Source of the DNA: a virus
Virus genome (UHGV): UHGV-0469413
Length of the DNA: 42,060 nt
Strand: one strand, 5' to 3'
In this document: positions 26,379 through 37,200 of the stretch, piece by piece
How the letters are laid out: each line of letters begins with the position of its first letter
How positions within the stretch are numbered: the stretch's first letter is position 1
Notes under the pieces: model-generated
What the model was told of the DNA's origin: nothing
The model's database searches: none
What the model saw: the letters and a program-made list of their open reading frames with translations, nothing else
Translations under genes and position numbers: made by a program

Positions 26379-27944
26379 ATGAGATTACCTTTTCTTCGCA
26401 CTGCACCCCAGGAGCAGAAAAAGCAGATCGGCCAATTCCTGGGCCTGAATAGGAATCTGATCATCAACGAGAACGAGTTTGCGGACATGCAGAATATGTC
26501 ATCGGATCGCTTTCCGGCCATCTGCACCCGCCGCCCGCGCGGCGCGGTCATGAAAACGCTGGGGAAACCGCACGGCCTGTTCCACAAGAACGGCCTGTGC
26601 TATGTTGACGGCACGAAACTGTATTACAAGGACCAGGCCGTGGCCGACGTGACCGACACCGACAAGATCATGGTAGGGATCGGGGCCTATATCGTGATCT
26701 GGCCTGACAAGATCATGTATAACACCGCTGACGGCAAGGTAACGCCCCTGGAGGTCACCTGGACGCAATTAGCCACGGCCACGTTCTCCTTGACCACCAC
26801 AGGCTCCACAATGGTCAAAATTGCCTGCACCGGGATCGGCAAGGCGTTCCAGCGGTACGACGCGGTTACTATATCCGGCTGCACCAATGAGGGATTCAAC
26901 AAGACCGCGGTGATCCAGGAGAAGGAGGACAACTACATCGTCGTGATCGGGGACCTGTCGGCCACCTTCACACAAGCCTCCGGCCTGACACTAAAACGCA
27001 CGGTCCCAGATATGGACTACGTCTGCGAGTCAGAGAATCGCCTGTGGGGCTGCTCCAGCGCCAATCACGAAATATACGCCTCCAAGCTGGGGGACCCCAC
27101 TAACTGGCAGGCATTCGAGGGAATCAGCACGGATTCCTACGCGGTTACGGTGGGATCGGATGGGGACTTCACCGGCTGCATATCTCACCTGGGATACGTC
27201 CTCTTCTTCAAGGGAGACACAATCCATAAGGTGTTCGGGAATAAGCCCAGCAACTACCAGGTGACCACCTCCACCCCCGTGCGTGGCGTCGCCAAGGGCT
27301 GCGAGCGGACTATCTGCATCGTCAATGAGACGTTGCTGTACGTCAGCCGGGACGATGTGTGCAGCTTCGACGGCGCACAGCCGGAGAGCATCGGGGAGGC
27401 CGTTAAGGGCCTGGGATTTGACGCCGGAGTAGCAAGCCACTACAACGGCAAGTATTATGCCTCCCTGCGCGACTCAGCGGGCCGCTGGGGCCTCTACGTC
27501 TATGACCTGGGCAAGGGCCTGTGGCATAAGGAAGATAGCCTCCACGCCCTGTATATGGCCTACGGCGAGGGCGAGCTGTATTGCATTGACGAACACGGCA
27601 ACCTCTTCACCATCACCGGCGATCGGCGGGAAACAATCACCTGGAGCCTCGAATCGGGTGATCTGATTGAGGGAAGCGTCGAGTATAAGCACGTCAAGCG
27701 CCTGATGTACAACATGATCATCACACCGGGGGCAGAAGTCAATGCCTATATCAGGTATGACGATGATCCCGATTGGAAGAAGATCAATACCTTCATCGGA
27801 AAATCTTACCGGACTCACATCATGACCGTGGTCCCCGGCAGGTGCCAGCGATACCGCATTCGCCTGGACGGGATCGGGGACGTGACGCTAATCGCGCTGG
27901 GAAAGGTAATCGGACAAGGAAGTGAAGTACATGGCACTCTATAA
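26379..27944 (+). CDS. Tail structural protein (tail tube or lower-collar candidate)
   Basis: About 520 aa. ATG at 26379 8 nt after AGGAGG. The track starts at the GTG at 26373 (MPMRL...). Confidence 0.5.
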   Translation: MRLPFLRTAPQEQKKQIGQFLGLNRNLIINENEFADMQNMSSDRFPAICTRRPRGAVMKTLGKPHGLFHKNGLCYVDGTKLYYKDQAVADVTDTDKIMVGIGAYIVIWPDKIMYNTADGKVTPLEVTWTQLATATFSLTTTGSTMVKIACTGIGKAFQRYDAVTISGCTNEGFNKTAVIQEKEDNYIVVIGDLSATFTQASGLTLKRTVPDMDYVCESENRLWGCSSANHEIYASKLGDPTNWQAFEGISTDSYAVTVGSDGDFTGCISHLGYVLFFKGDTIHKVFGNKPSNYQVTTSTPVRGVAKGCERTICIVNETLLYVSRDDVCSFDGAQPESIGEAVKGLGFDAGVASHYNGKYYASLRDSAGRWGLYVYDLGKGLWHKEDSLHALYMAYGEGELYCIDEHGNLFTITGDRRETITWSLESGDLIEGSVEYKHVKRLMYNMIITPGAEVNAYIRYDDDPDWKKINTFIGKSYRTHIMTVVPGRCQRYRIRLDGIGDVTLIALGKVIGQGSEVHGTL

Positions 27945-28863
27945 GCCAATACAGATAGATGGGGATGAGGATATCAAGGTCCTGATGAAGAAGCTCTACC
28001 GCTTCAACGAGGACCTGAGATTCACGATGTCCAATTTGGACCTCGAAGATAACTGCTCCGGCGTCCTGGACAAGATCGACGAGCGGGACGACATGCTCCG
28101 CACAATCAAGTGGGACGCGGACCAACTTCACATACAGTATGACGATCTGGAAACGGCCACCACCACCAGTCTGCGCCAGTCGGAGGACGCAATCAACCTG
28201 CTGGTAAGCCGCGGATCGGTGGTGGATACCCTGATCACCCGCCTGGACATCTACAAGGAGTCAATCACTCTGAAGTCCAAGCAGATCGAGATTGACGCCG
28301 ACAATATGACACTTGATCGGGCGGGCAATACCGTGTTTACGGGCAACGTAACCGGAGGCTCCATCTACATAGCCAATGGAAGGTTCTGGGTCAACCAGAA
28401 CGGGGATTGCTACATCGACGACGAGCTGATCACCGAAACCCTGAACCCGTCAGACGGAATTTTCGCGGCCAACTTAGAAGTGTACAACGACGAGGAGTAC
28501 GTGATCTACATAACCGACACGATCAACGCCGGGGAGGCATACATCAGCGGCGAGCTTAATTGCCGCCAGGTACGCCAGAGATCGGACCGGAGGGTCAAGA
28601 AGAACATAACCGGCCTGAACCAGTCGAAGTGCGCCAAAATCGTAAGCCAGTTGCAACCGAAATCATTCCGCTTCATTGACTCGGGAATCCCCTCCATCGG
28701 TTTTGAGGCCCAGGACGTGTACCGTATACAGGATGATCTCCCGCTCGTGGGCCGCAATGGGGCATACTTAGAAATCCCATATGGGAACTGCACGGCGCTT
28801 CTGGCGGGAGCGATCCAGGACAACCAACGGCGCATAGATCGCCTGAAAAGGATGGTGATGTAA
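27931..28863 (+). CDS. Tail fibre/appendage protein with C-terminal intramolecular chaperone (peptidase S74-like) domain
   Basis: C-terminal RQRSDRRVKKNITGL...GFEAQDV motif typical of self-cleaving IMC domains. A GTG start at 27922 is also possible. Confidence 0.65.
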   Translation: MALYKPIQIDGDEDIKVLMKKLYRFNEDLRFTMSNLDLEDNCSGVLDKIDERDDMLRTIKWDADQLHIQYDDLETATTTSLRQSEDAINLLVSRGSVVDTLITRLDIYKESITLKSKQIEIDADNMTLDRAGNTVFTGNVTGGSIYIANGRFWVNQNGDCYIDDELITETLNPSDGIFAANLEVYNDEEYVIYITDTINAGEAYISGELNCRQVRQRSDRRVKKNITGLNQSKCAKIVSQLQPKSFRFIDSGIPSIGFEAQDVYRIQDDLPLVGRNGAYLEIPYGNCTALLAGAIQDNQRRIDRLKRMVM

Positions 28864-29795
28864 TGGCATACTTTAATTGTCCAGTGACAACAACGGACGC
28901 CAATATGAAAAAAGTCAAGAGCTACCTCATGATGTTGAATCAGCAGTTGCAATACTGCTTCCAGAACATCGACCCGGAGGATAATTTCACCGCTGATTCC
29001 CTGCTGAAATATCAGGAAACCGATGAGAACATATCCCAACTGGAAGTGAGCATGAGCGGATTTATGTCGTTGTTCAAGAATTTACGAGACGATGTGGAAT
29101 CAAGCATTAAAGTGCTGAATGGTCAGATTGACCTGAAAGTCAGCGCCGAGGAATTGTGCTCAGAAATATCTATGACCACAGATACAATCACGTTTCGGAC
29201 AGGAAGCTTGATCATCGACACCACAAATTTCAAACTCCGTGCGGATGGATCGGCGGAGTTCTCCGGCTCAATCACCGGCGGGTCCATCAATATCAATGGC
29301 CGCTTCGTGGTCACCCCGCAGGGAACCGTAACGATCCAATCCACCACGTTTTCAAAGCAGATCACCACCAACGGCCTGCTGTATAGCAATTACATGCGCA
29401 TCGCTGGGGACGCCGATATCCACGGCTCCGTCAACTGTAGCGATCTGTACGCCTCAAAAGACGTGTCCTGCGAAACACTCTATCAGCGCTCAGACCGCCG
29501 CCTGAAAGATCACATCGAGGAGATACCGGATGAGACGGCCCTGGCCCTGGTACTTGGCATGAAACCCTCATCCTTCGCCTATAAGGAATCAGGGGAGCGA
29601 GCAATCGGTTTTGTGGCCCAGGACATTGACGAATTGCAGGACAGACTCGGCACCGCCCTTCCGCTGGTGGACCACAGCGGTGATTACATGTCGATCCCAT
29701 ATCCCAACTTAACGGCACTCCTGACCGGAGCCGTGAAGGCGCAGCAACGAGAAATCAAAGCACTCGAACAGAGAATAGGAGGAACAGCAGCATGA
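28863..29795 (+). CDS. Second, paralogous tail fibre/appendage protein with S74-like intramolecular chaperone domain
   Basis: YQRSDRRLKDHIEEI...GFVAQDIDEL. Same architecture as the upstream gene. ATAATG start/stop overlap. Confidence 0.65.
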   Translation: MAYFNCPVTTTDANMKKVKSYLMMLNQQLQYCFQNIDPEDNFTADSLLKYQETDENISQLEVSMSGFMSLFKNLRDDVESSIKVLNGQIDLKVSAEELCSEISMTTDTITFRTGSLIIDTTNFKLRADGSAEFSGSITGGSININGRFVVTPQGTVTIQSTTFSKQITTNGLLYSNYMRIAGDADIHGSVNCSDLYASKDVSCETLYQRSDRRLKDHIEEIPDETALALVLGMKPSSFAYKESGERAIGFVAQDIDELQDRLGTALPLVDHSGDYMSIPYPNLTALLTGAVKAQQREIKALEQRIGGTAA

Positions 29796-30010
29796 AAATA
29801 ACATATGAGGATACCCAAATAGCATCCCTCGAAACAATTCTAAATCAGATCAAGGTAACGGGAATCCAGCAGGCCAGATTACTTACAATGGCGGGCCAGA
29901 TCATTCAGGGCGGAGAACAGATTGAGGAGCCGAAGGAAGCGCTGCCGAAACGGCAGAGGAAAGCAAAACAGCTTGCAACGGAGCCTAAACCGGAGAAGGA
30001 GGTCAAATAA
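29792..30010 (+). CDS. Small hypothetical protein
   Basis: 72 aa. Translationally coupled to its neighbours. Confidence 0.5.
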   Translation: MKITYEDTQIASLETILNQIKVTGIQQARLLTMAGQIIQGGEQIEEPKEALPKRQRKAKQLATEPKPEKEVK

Positions 30011-31236
30011 TGGCAATAGGTAGTATTGTAGATTACCTCAATAGTCGTGGTCAAAATAGCAGCTACAACAGCCGTAAGAAGCTGGCGGAGCAGTACGGGA
30101 TCGCCGGATACACCGGCTCTGCCGCCCAGAATACACAGCTGCTTAATACGCTGCGCAGCGGATCGACAGCGCAGCAGCAGCCCCAGGCACCTGCCGGGGG
30201 AAACAACGTCACCATCACCCCTGCGGGGCCGTCTGAAAAGGCCAGCCCTGCACAAGAATATATCACAGGCTACAAGTACAATAAGTACACCCCGTCCAAC
30301 CGCGTCAATGACTACGCGGATAAACTGGAGGACCTGGAAAACTCCAAACCAGGCGACTTTTCCAGCCGATACGACGAGCAGATACAGAACATCATCAACA
30401 CAATCCAGAACCGCCCGCAGTTCGATCAGGGCCAGGTGTTCGACAGCGACTTGTACAAGCAGTACCGCGAACAGTATATCCAGCAGGGCAACAAGGCCAT
30501 GAGAGATACCATGGGCAACGCTGCCGCCCTCACCGGCGGCTATGGCTCTACCTACGCCACCGCAGCCGGGCAGCAGGCATACGACGGATATCTGAGCCAG
30601 TTTGGAGACAAGACCATGGATATCTATGACCGTGTGTACAACCAGTACCTCAACGAGGGCCAGGAATTGTATAACCAGCTCGGCATGTATAATAACCAGG
30701 ATAGCATCGACTATGGCCGCTACCGCGATACAGTGGGAGATTATTATAACGACCTGAATTACTACAGCAACCGCTATAACACGGAGTACGCCAATGACTT
30801 CGGGGAATACCAGACAGACCAGGACGCCATGCGTTGGGCCGAGCAGTACGCCTATCAAAAGACCCAGGACGCACTCGCTCAAAGCAACTGGAGAGAACAG
30901 TTCGACTACCAGAAAGAGCAGGACGCCTTGCAATATGCCCTTGCCCAGCAGCGGGCGGCGCGGTCTGGGGGCGGGGGATCAGGTAAAAGTGGGAGCGCAA
31001 CCCAGTTGACAGAGACGGAAGCCGAGCGTTATCTGGATTACGTTAGGCAGACATACGGAATCAACGCGGCAAATAAAGAATACAAAAATCTGGTGAGCAC
31101 CGGGGGAGTAACAGACAATAAAATGTCTCCAGAAATGGTAAAAGCAGCGCAAGCGGCCAATGTGCCAAATCTGGGGTACAACTATTCGGACGAAAACAGG
31201 CTGAAATACTTGATGAGCATGATGAACAGAAAGTGA
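30010..31236 (+). CDS. Virion protein with N-terminal CW_7 (Cpl-7-like) peptidoglycan-binding motif and a long Q/N/Y-rich low-complexity region
   Basis: SIVDYLNSRGQNSSYNSRKKLAEQYGIAGYTGSAAQNTQLLNTL resembles a CW_7 repeat. Residues ~150-300 are dominated by Q, N, Y and D. Confidence 0.55.
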   Translation: MAIGSIVDYLNSRGQNSSYNSRKKLAEQYGIAGYTGSAAQNTQLLNTLRSGSTAQQQPQAPAGGNNVTITPAGPSEKASPAQEYITGYKYNKYTPSNRVNDYADKLEDLENSKPGDFSSRYDEQIQNIINTIQNRPQFDQGQVFDSDLYKQYREQYIQQGNKAMRDTMGNAAALTGGYGSTYATAAGQQAYDGYLSQFGDKTMDIYDRVYNQYLNEGQELYNQLGMYNNQDSIDYGRYRDTVGDYYNDLNYYSNRYNTEYANDFGEYQTDQDAMRWAEQYAYQKTQDALAQSNWREQFDYQKEQDALQYALAQQRAARSGGGGSGKSGSATQLTETEAERYLDYVRQTYGINAANKEYKNLVSTGGVTDNKMSPEMVKAAQAANVPNLGYNYSDENRLKYLMSMMNRK

Positions 31237-31243
31237 GGCAGTT

Positions 31244-34200
31244 ATGGCATTATCTGAAAACGAAAAAAGGCGGTTTGAGAATCGATATAGGGGTATAGCC
31301 GATCAGAATAGTGATCCATTCGAATCATTACCTGATAGTGTGAAGGCAAGATTGTATAAGCGTAAAAGCACACTTGAAAAGAATGCAGGGGATGTACCGG
31401 CCAGTAAGCGAAAACACATCTATTCAGAATTTGGCACAGGGGTAGAGACGGAGTTCCGCAACAACCTTCCTGGGCTTGCTCAGGAATACGCACGTAAAAG
31501 GGCAGAGAGGGAGCGCACTCTGCCCCTTATCGGTGTGGGGGTATATGAAACAATGACCGGAAACAATATGCCCAGTTTGGCGCTGGAATACGCCCAGGAG
31601 CGGGCCGCACAGGGTTACAAGCGGCCCACATTACGGGACCCAGAGTTTGCGGTAGAGGTGGCACAGAACGCATATACAGGCTTTCAGGTGGCGCAGAGAG
31701 CGATGCAGGAAAGCCCATCCGCAAGAAGCACGGCGGCAGACTATGTAAGCCAGAGAAAGCCCTACAGCCTACGCCAAACCCCGTATGACCAGGACTTGCA
31801 AAAATATGCGCCTCAGAAAGTGGAAGAGAAGTCGAGGGAAAAAGACTTCCGAAATGTCGGATTCTACGACCACAACAACGAATTTGTACGCTTTGACAGC
31901 CTGGAACGGCAACCAGATTATAACGATATCGTGGCGCAATCCAAGCGCAACGGGAATCCCCTGGAGGACTATTATAATAATCCGATCAATAGAAGATTGG
32001 CTTCCATGGGGAAAACCGATGAGGATATTATAAGCCTCACAAACAACTTTGACAGCGCATCCAGCCGCACAAGAAAATACGCTCTCATGAGCGATCAGGA
32101 ACGGAATAATTACAATTACATCTATGGAAAAGCCGGAAAATCAGCTGCGGAGCAGTATTTGGACGCACTGCAAAGCACCATCAGCCAGCGTGGTGCTGCC
32201 GCCCAGTATGCAGAGAGCAAGGCAACGCCCGGCCTGCTGCGGGTGCCGTCCAATATTGGCAAATCCTTTGAAGGAGGCGCTAAAGGTGCAATCGAAGGAT
32301 TCGCCGCATTGCCGGACTTTCTGACGGGTACGGCAAAGGATTACGTCCCGAAAGAACATGAATATCTACAGAGCATGTTACTCGAAGAGGCCTCCTGGCC
32401 GGAAGGGCTGGCGTATAAAGCGGCGTCAGCTATTGGAAATATGGCCCCGTCAATCGCAACTGGAACGATTGCGGGGAAAGCTGCCGGAACCGGGAGTAGG
32501 CTTGCAAGATGGGCGGCAGGGGGAACAGCACAGGAGGCCATTTTTGCGACCCAAACCGCCGGACAAACATATAGAGAGGACATTATGGAGGGCCGACCGG
32601 TAGAAGGTGCCCAAACAAATGCGATCTTTACGGCTATAGATGAAGCCGCGACAAACTGGCTCCTGGGCGGTATATCAAGCCTTGGAGGCGGAACCGCCAA
32701 GAAGCTGCTTGGAAACACAAAAGTGGCGAAAGCCGCAAAACAGGGGATATCCAATGCATTGGCGAGAAATCCTGCAATAAGACGGGCCGTAATGGGAGCA
32801 ATGAACTATGGGGGAGATATGCTCTCTGAGGGCACACAGGAGGCGACACAGGACTTCACAGAGGCTATCAGAAAGCACCTTATCTATGGAGACAAACTGG
32901 ATTTGAAAGGAGTTGCCACCGATCCGCAGACCTGGGAAGATTTTCTTCTCGGCGCGATTACAGCCGGGACAATGAACGCGCCGGGGGCAATCGCAAATAA
33001 TGTCGCAATCAATCATTACGGAAAGAGCATAGACCATGATTACCGTGATGTGGCCGCTGGTATAGACACTCGTCCTGAGAGCTACGCAACGGCAGAGGAC
33101 CAGCAGCAAGCGGTGAACCTCCATAGCTTGGCACAAGAATACGCTGCCCGCCAGGCTAATAAAGAAACAATATCCAACCGTGACAAGGCGGAATTTGAGT
33201 TGCAGCTAGAGAGCTTCAACTACGGCGCACAGGCCCGTAAAAAGGCGCTGGATAGCATCTTTGCAGAGGACCAGGAACCACCTGCGCAGCAGAATCATGA
33301 GCCGGGAGGAGAACAGCCGGACGCCCCCGTGCAGAGGCCCACAATGAGCCAGAACAGCCCGGAAGCGGCCCAGATGAGGGAAGCTGCACCAACAGCTCAG
33401 AAGGTTGATAGCGTGGCGTATAATGCGCCGGAATCCAACGTTAGTGCATTGGAAGAATGGGCAAAACCGTTCGGAGCAGAAGGCCGGGAAGCCTTCAAGG
33501 CCGTATATGACGGCGAGACAGACCTGGGAGCGTATTACCGTGCATTTGGGCGCGCCTATAATATCGGTCGGTATAACATGGAGCCTACACCCCAGCAACG
33601 GGCAGAGGCGGCGGTGATCCTTGGAGTAGATGGTTTTTCTGAGGCTTTTAAGGCTGGAGTACATGATCAGCCGCAGATTCAGTATGACTCCAAAACCGGA
33701 TCGCTCAACGGAATGGTGAAGGGAGCGCCGAAAGAAGGCGGACTTGGGACTGTTGCCCAAAGTGCAACAGAAGCCCAGAAGAAGGTTGCGACACATATTG
33801 GAAAACTCACCGGCCTGCAAATAGACCTTGTGGATGGACTGAACAATCAAAATGCTGCGGCCTCTTACTCCAAAGGCAAGATTACCCTGTCAGTGAACAG
33901 CAGCGATTTCATGGGCTCGGCCGCCCATGAGTTGACACATTACATTAAGGACTATGCGCCGGATGCCTATCAGGTATATTCGGACCACGCGGTACGAGCT
34001 ATAACGGAGGCACAGGGCGTTGACCTTGAAACGATGATCAATGACTACATAAGCACGTATGAGCAGCAGACCGGCCAGCAGTTGAGCCGTGAAGAAGCCG
34101 TTGATGAAATTGTTGCCGACGCCACGCAAAAATTCCTGAATGATCCTGATTTCATCAACCGGGCGATCAAGGAAGATTCGACCATCGGCCAGAGAATTAT

Positions 34201-37200
34201 AGATTTCCTGACCGACGTAATCGACGCGATCAAAGAGCTGGTCAAAGTAGGAAGCACGCGCCGGGCAGCGAAAGCCCTGGAAGAGAACCTTCAATATTTC
34301 GAACACTGCCGCCAAGAATGGATGACTGGACTGGAGGAAGCCGGAGAACGCTATAAAGCAGGCTGGGAGACTGAAACAAAAGCGGAGCCTAAATATAAGC
34401 TTGAAAAACCGGATCAAGTAACGGATGAGAATATCGAACAGAATTATGAAACCGTCAGAAACATGGAACCTGTAGCAATCCTAAAGGGGACAGAATTTGA
34501 CCGAGGAGAAAAGACACTTCGGGATCAAGTGATGGATTATTATTCTTCTATCGGGAAGGTACATAACGATGTAGTCGGGGACATCTATCTGACCAAGGAT
34601 TCCGTGAAAGATGATATTGCGCATGGCGTTGGACGGGCAAAAGCTATTACATTTGCCGCTGTGCCGGATATTCTGAAACAGGGAAAGGTCCTGCAATATA
34701 ATAAGAACTGGAAAGATCGTGGATACGATTCGATTATTCTTGGAGCTCCGATTACCATAGAGAGCGGAAAAAACGTGGGGGATTATTATGGGCTGGCAAT
34801 CGTGAAGGTTTTGGACGATAACCGGCTATATCTGCACGAGGTATATGCGCAAAAAATGGAAGCGAATGTCCCGTTCAAGACCCCGGACCTGAAAACAGGC
34901 AATACACGGAGCGGCGACACTACACTTCCATCTATCTATAGTATATTCGGAAAGCTGTTAGAAGTCAATAACGGTCAGAAATATTATAGATTTTCAAACA
35001 GCGAAACACCCATGAGTGAATATGGACATGCTATGTTTTCAGAGAATGAGGGTAGTGTGTCTGGATATGGAGAAAACGAGTATATATACGATGGAAAAAA
35101 TGCGGTTCCGATAGAATCTCTTAAAGATTTAATTGTAAAGAAATGGGATGAAGCTATAGAAAACGGAATGGAGCCTATAGGATATGAAAATCTTACAGGT
35201 GAAGAGGTCTACCAGGAATTTGATCCATCTGATATTGTGATGAGTGCGCAGGCGTGGGACAATGGAGAATTATTAACATGGTTCTATGAAAATGTCGCAC
35301 TCGAAAATGATATAACAGCGGTTACAACAAAAGATGGTGCGATAGTATTCGACGAAAACCTGATAAAAAAGAAGATCGAAGAGGATATCAGCTACCAGCT
35401 CGAAGATGTGGATAATGTCGATGCCCGGGCGCTCCAGCAGGAAAACAAAACCCTGCGGGAAGCCAACGAACTGCTGAGGAGGGAGCTTGAATTGACCGGC
35501 AAGACAGAGCCGCGCCTGAGTGACGTTAAGAAGGTAGCTACGGAGCTGTTGAGGCAGCATAACAGCGATTACCGGCACGAAACCCTGACGCGAAACTTGA
35601 TCGGGCTGTATGAATATCTGCGCAGCGCCGACCAAGTGGACATGGCACAGGCTGCAGAACTGGCGGCGGGGATCGCCAAAGGCGTCCTTAAGAAGGCAAA
35701 ATCCACGTCAGAGTATGCGCAGCAGTATGAGGACTTACGGCAGCAGATCAGGGATACCAAGATTCAGATTACGGACCAGGATAAGGCCGATCTGATGAGG
35801 ATGGGAGGCTACAACAATTTCCGCAAGCAGTATTTCGGCAAGATGAAGCTGGGAAACGATGGTATATCGATTGACGCCTTTTACCAGGAACTGGCGGATC
35901 AGCATCCGGAACTGTTCGACGCGAACGTCACGCATCCGGCGGATCAGCTCATGGCTGTGGCAACTGCAATCGACACCATGACCGCCCAGGTAGCCAACCC
36001 ATACGGCGCGGACATGGACGAGATGTCTTACATCGTAGGCCAGGAAATCTTGCAGGCATATTCGAAGGTACGGGAAGTTCCGGCCACGTTCGCAGACAAA
36101 AAAGCCGCAGAGCTTCAGCAGGTGCGCCGTGATTATAATAAGAAAATGGCGGAATACAAGAACGACCTGAAAAAGAAGTATGATCAGGCGTTGAAAGAGG
36201 TATGGAGGGAGAACAGCTCCAAGATCGAGGAGCTGGCGAAGGAATACCGCGAATTAAAGGACGCACGCATGGTAGACCGCGCAGAATACCGTACTAAAAT
36301 GGAGCGGCTGCGCAACGACAAAAACTTGGCGCTGGCCGCCATGCAGCAGCGGCACCGTGAACAGCTCCAGCAGCGCAGGGACAGCCTGCGGGCCAGGGAA
36401 GCCAAAAAGCGTATTATCAAGGACACACGAGAAATGCATCGATGGCTGACAGAACCCAATGACAAGAAGCATGTACCGGAAAGCCTGAGAACCCCGGTGG
36501 CGCAGTTTCTCCTCAGCATAGATTTCAGTTCCGATTGGACTGATGAGAACGGAGGCCCAGCGCAGCGAACGATTGTCTGGAAGGACATAAGCAAACAACT
36601 AAATAATATCGTCGAAGCTGGTGGAGTCGTTCAGGAACCGGGAGAACAGCGGATTCTTAACGTCGATCCAGCCCTTCCCGAGAAAATCAACGAGCTTGCA
36701 GATAAAGTAAAACTTCTCCCGAGTCTGGATGAACTGGACGCGAACCAACTGGAGAGGTTGCAGGAAAGCGTCACGGCCATGAAAAAACTGATCCAAGACG
36801 CGAATCAGATGATCAGTAACGCCAATTACAGGAGCGTTGAAACCGCGGCCACAAGCTTCCTGTCGGATGTCAGCAAGAAGAAAGACGCGGTTGAATTTTC
36901 GGAAAATTCCTATGTGGGAAAAGGGAAGAACATGTTTCAAAATGACCTCCTGGACTCTAACAGCGCCTTCTACCGCATGGGGCCGGTAATGCGATCCATC
37001 TACCAGGAGATCAGAGATGCAGAGGATAGGCACACCGCCAACCTGGTAACTATGGAGCGATATTTTCGCGATACCTGCCAGGAGCTTGGGATCACAAAAG
37101 AGGAGCTGCGGGAATGGACCGGCCCGAAAGCCAAACAAATGACCTTCATAGTAGACGGGAAAGCTGTAAAAATGACAGCAGCCCAGCTCATGACTCTCTA

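Noticed and set aside
29905-30933. 342-aa minus-strand ORF
   Set aside because: Antisense to the CW_7/QNY-rich gene. V/L/A-rich low-complexity sequence.
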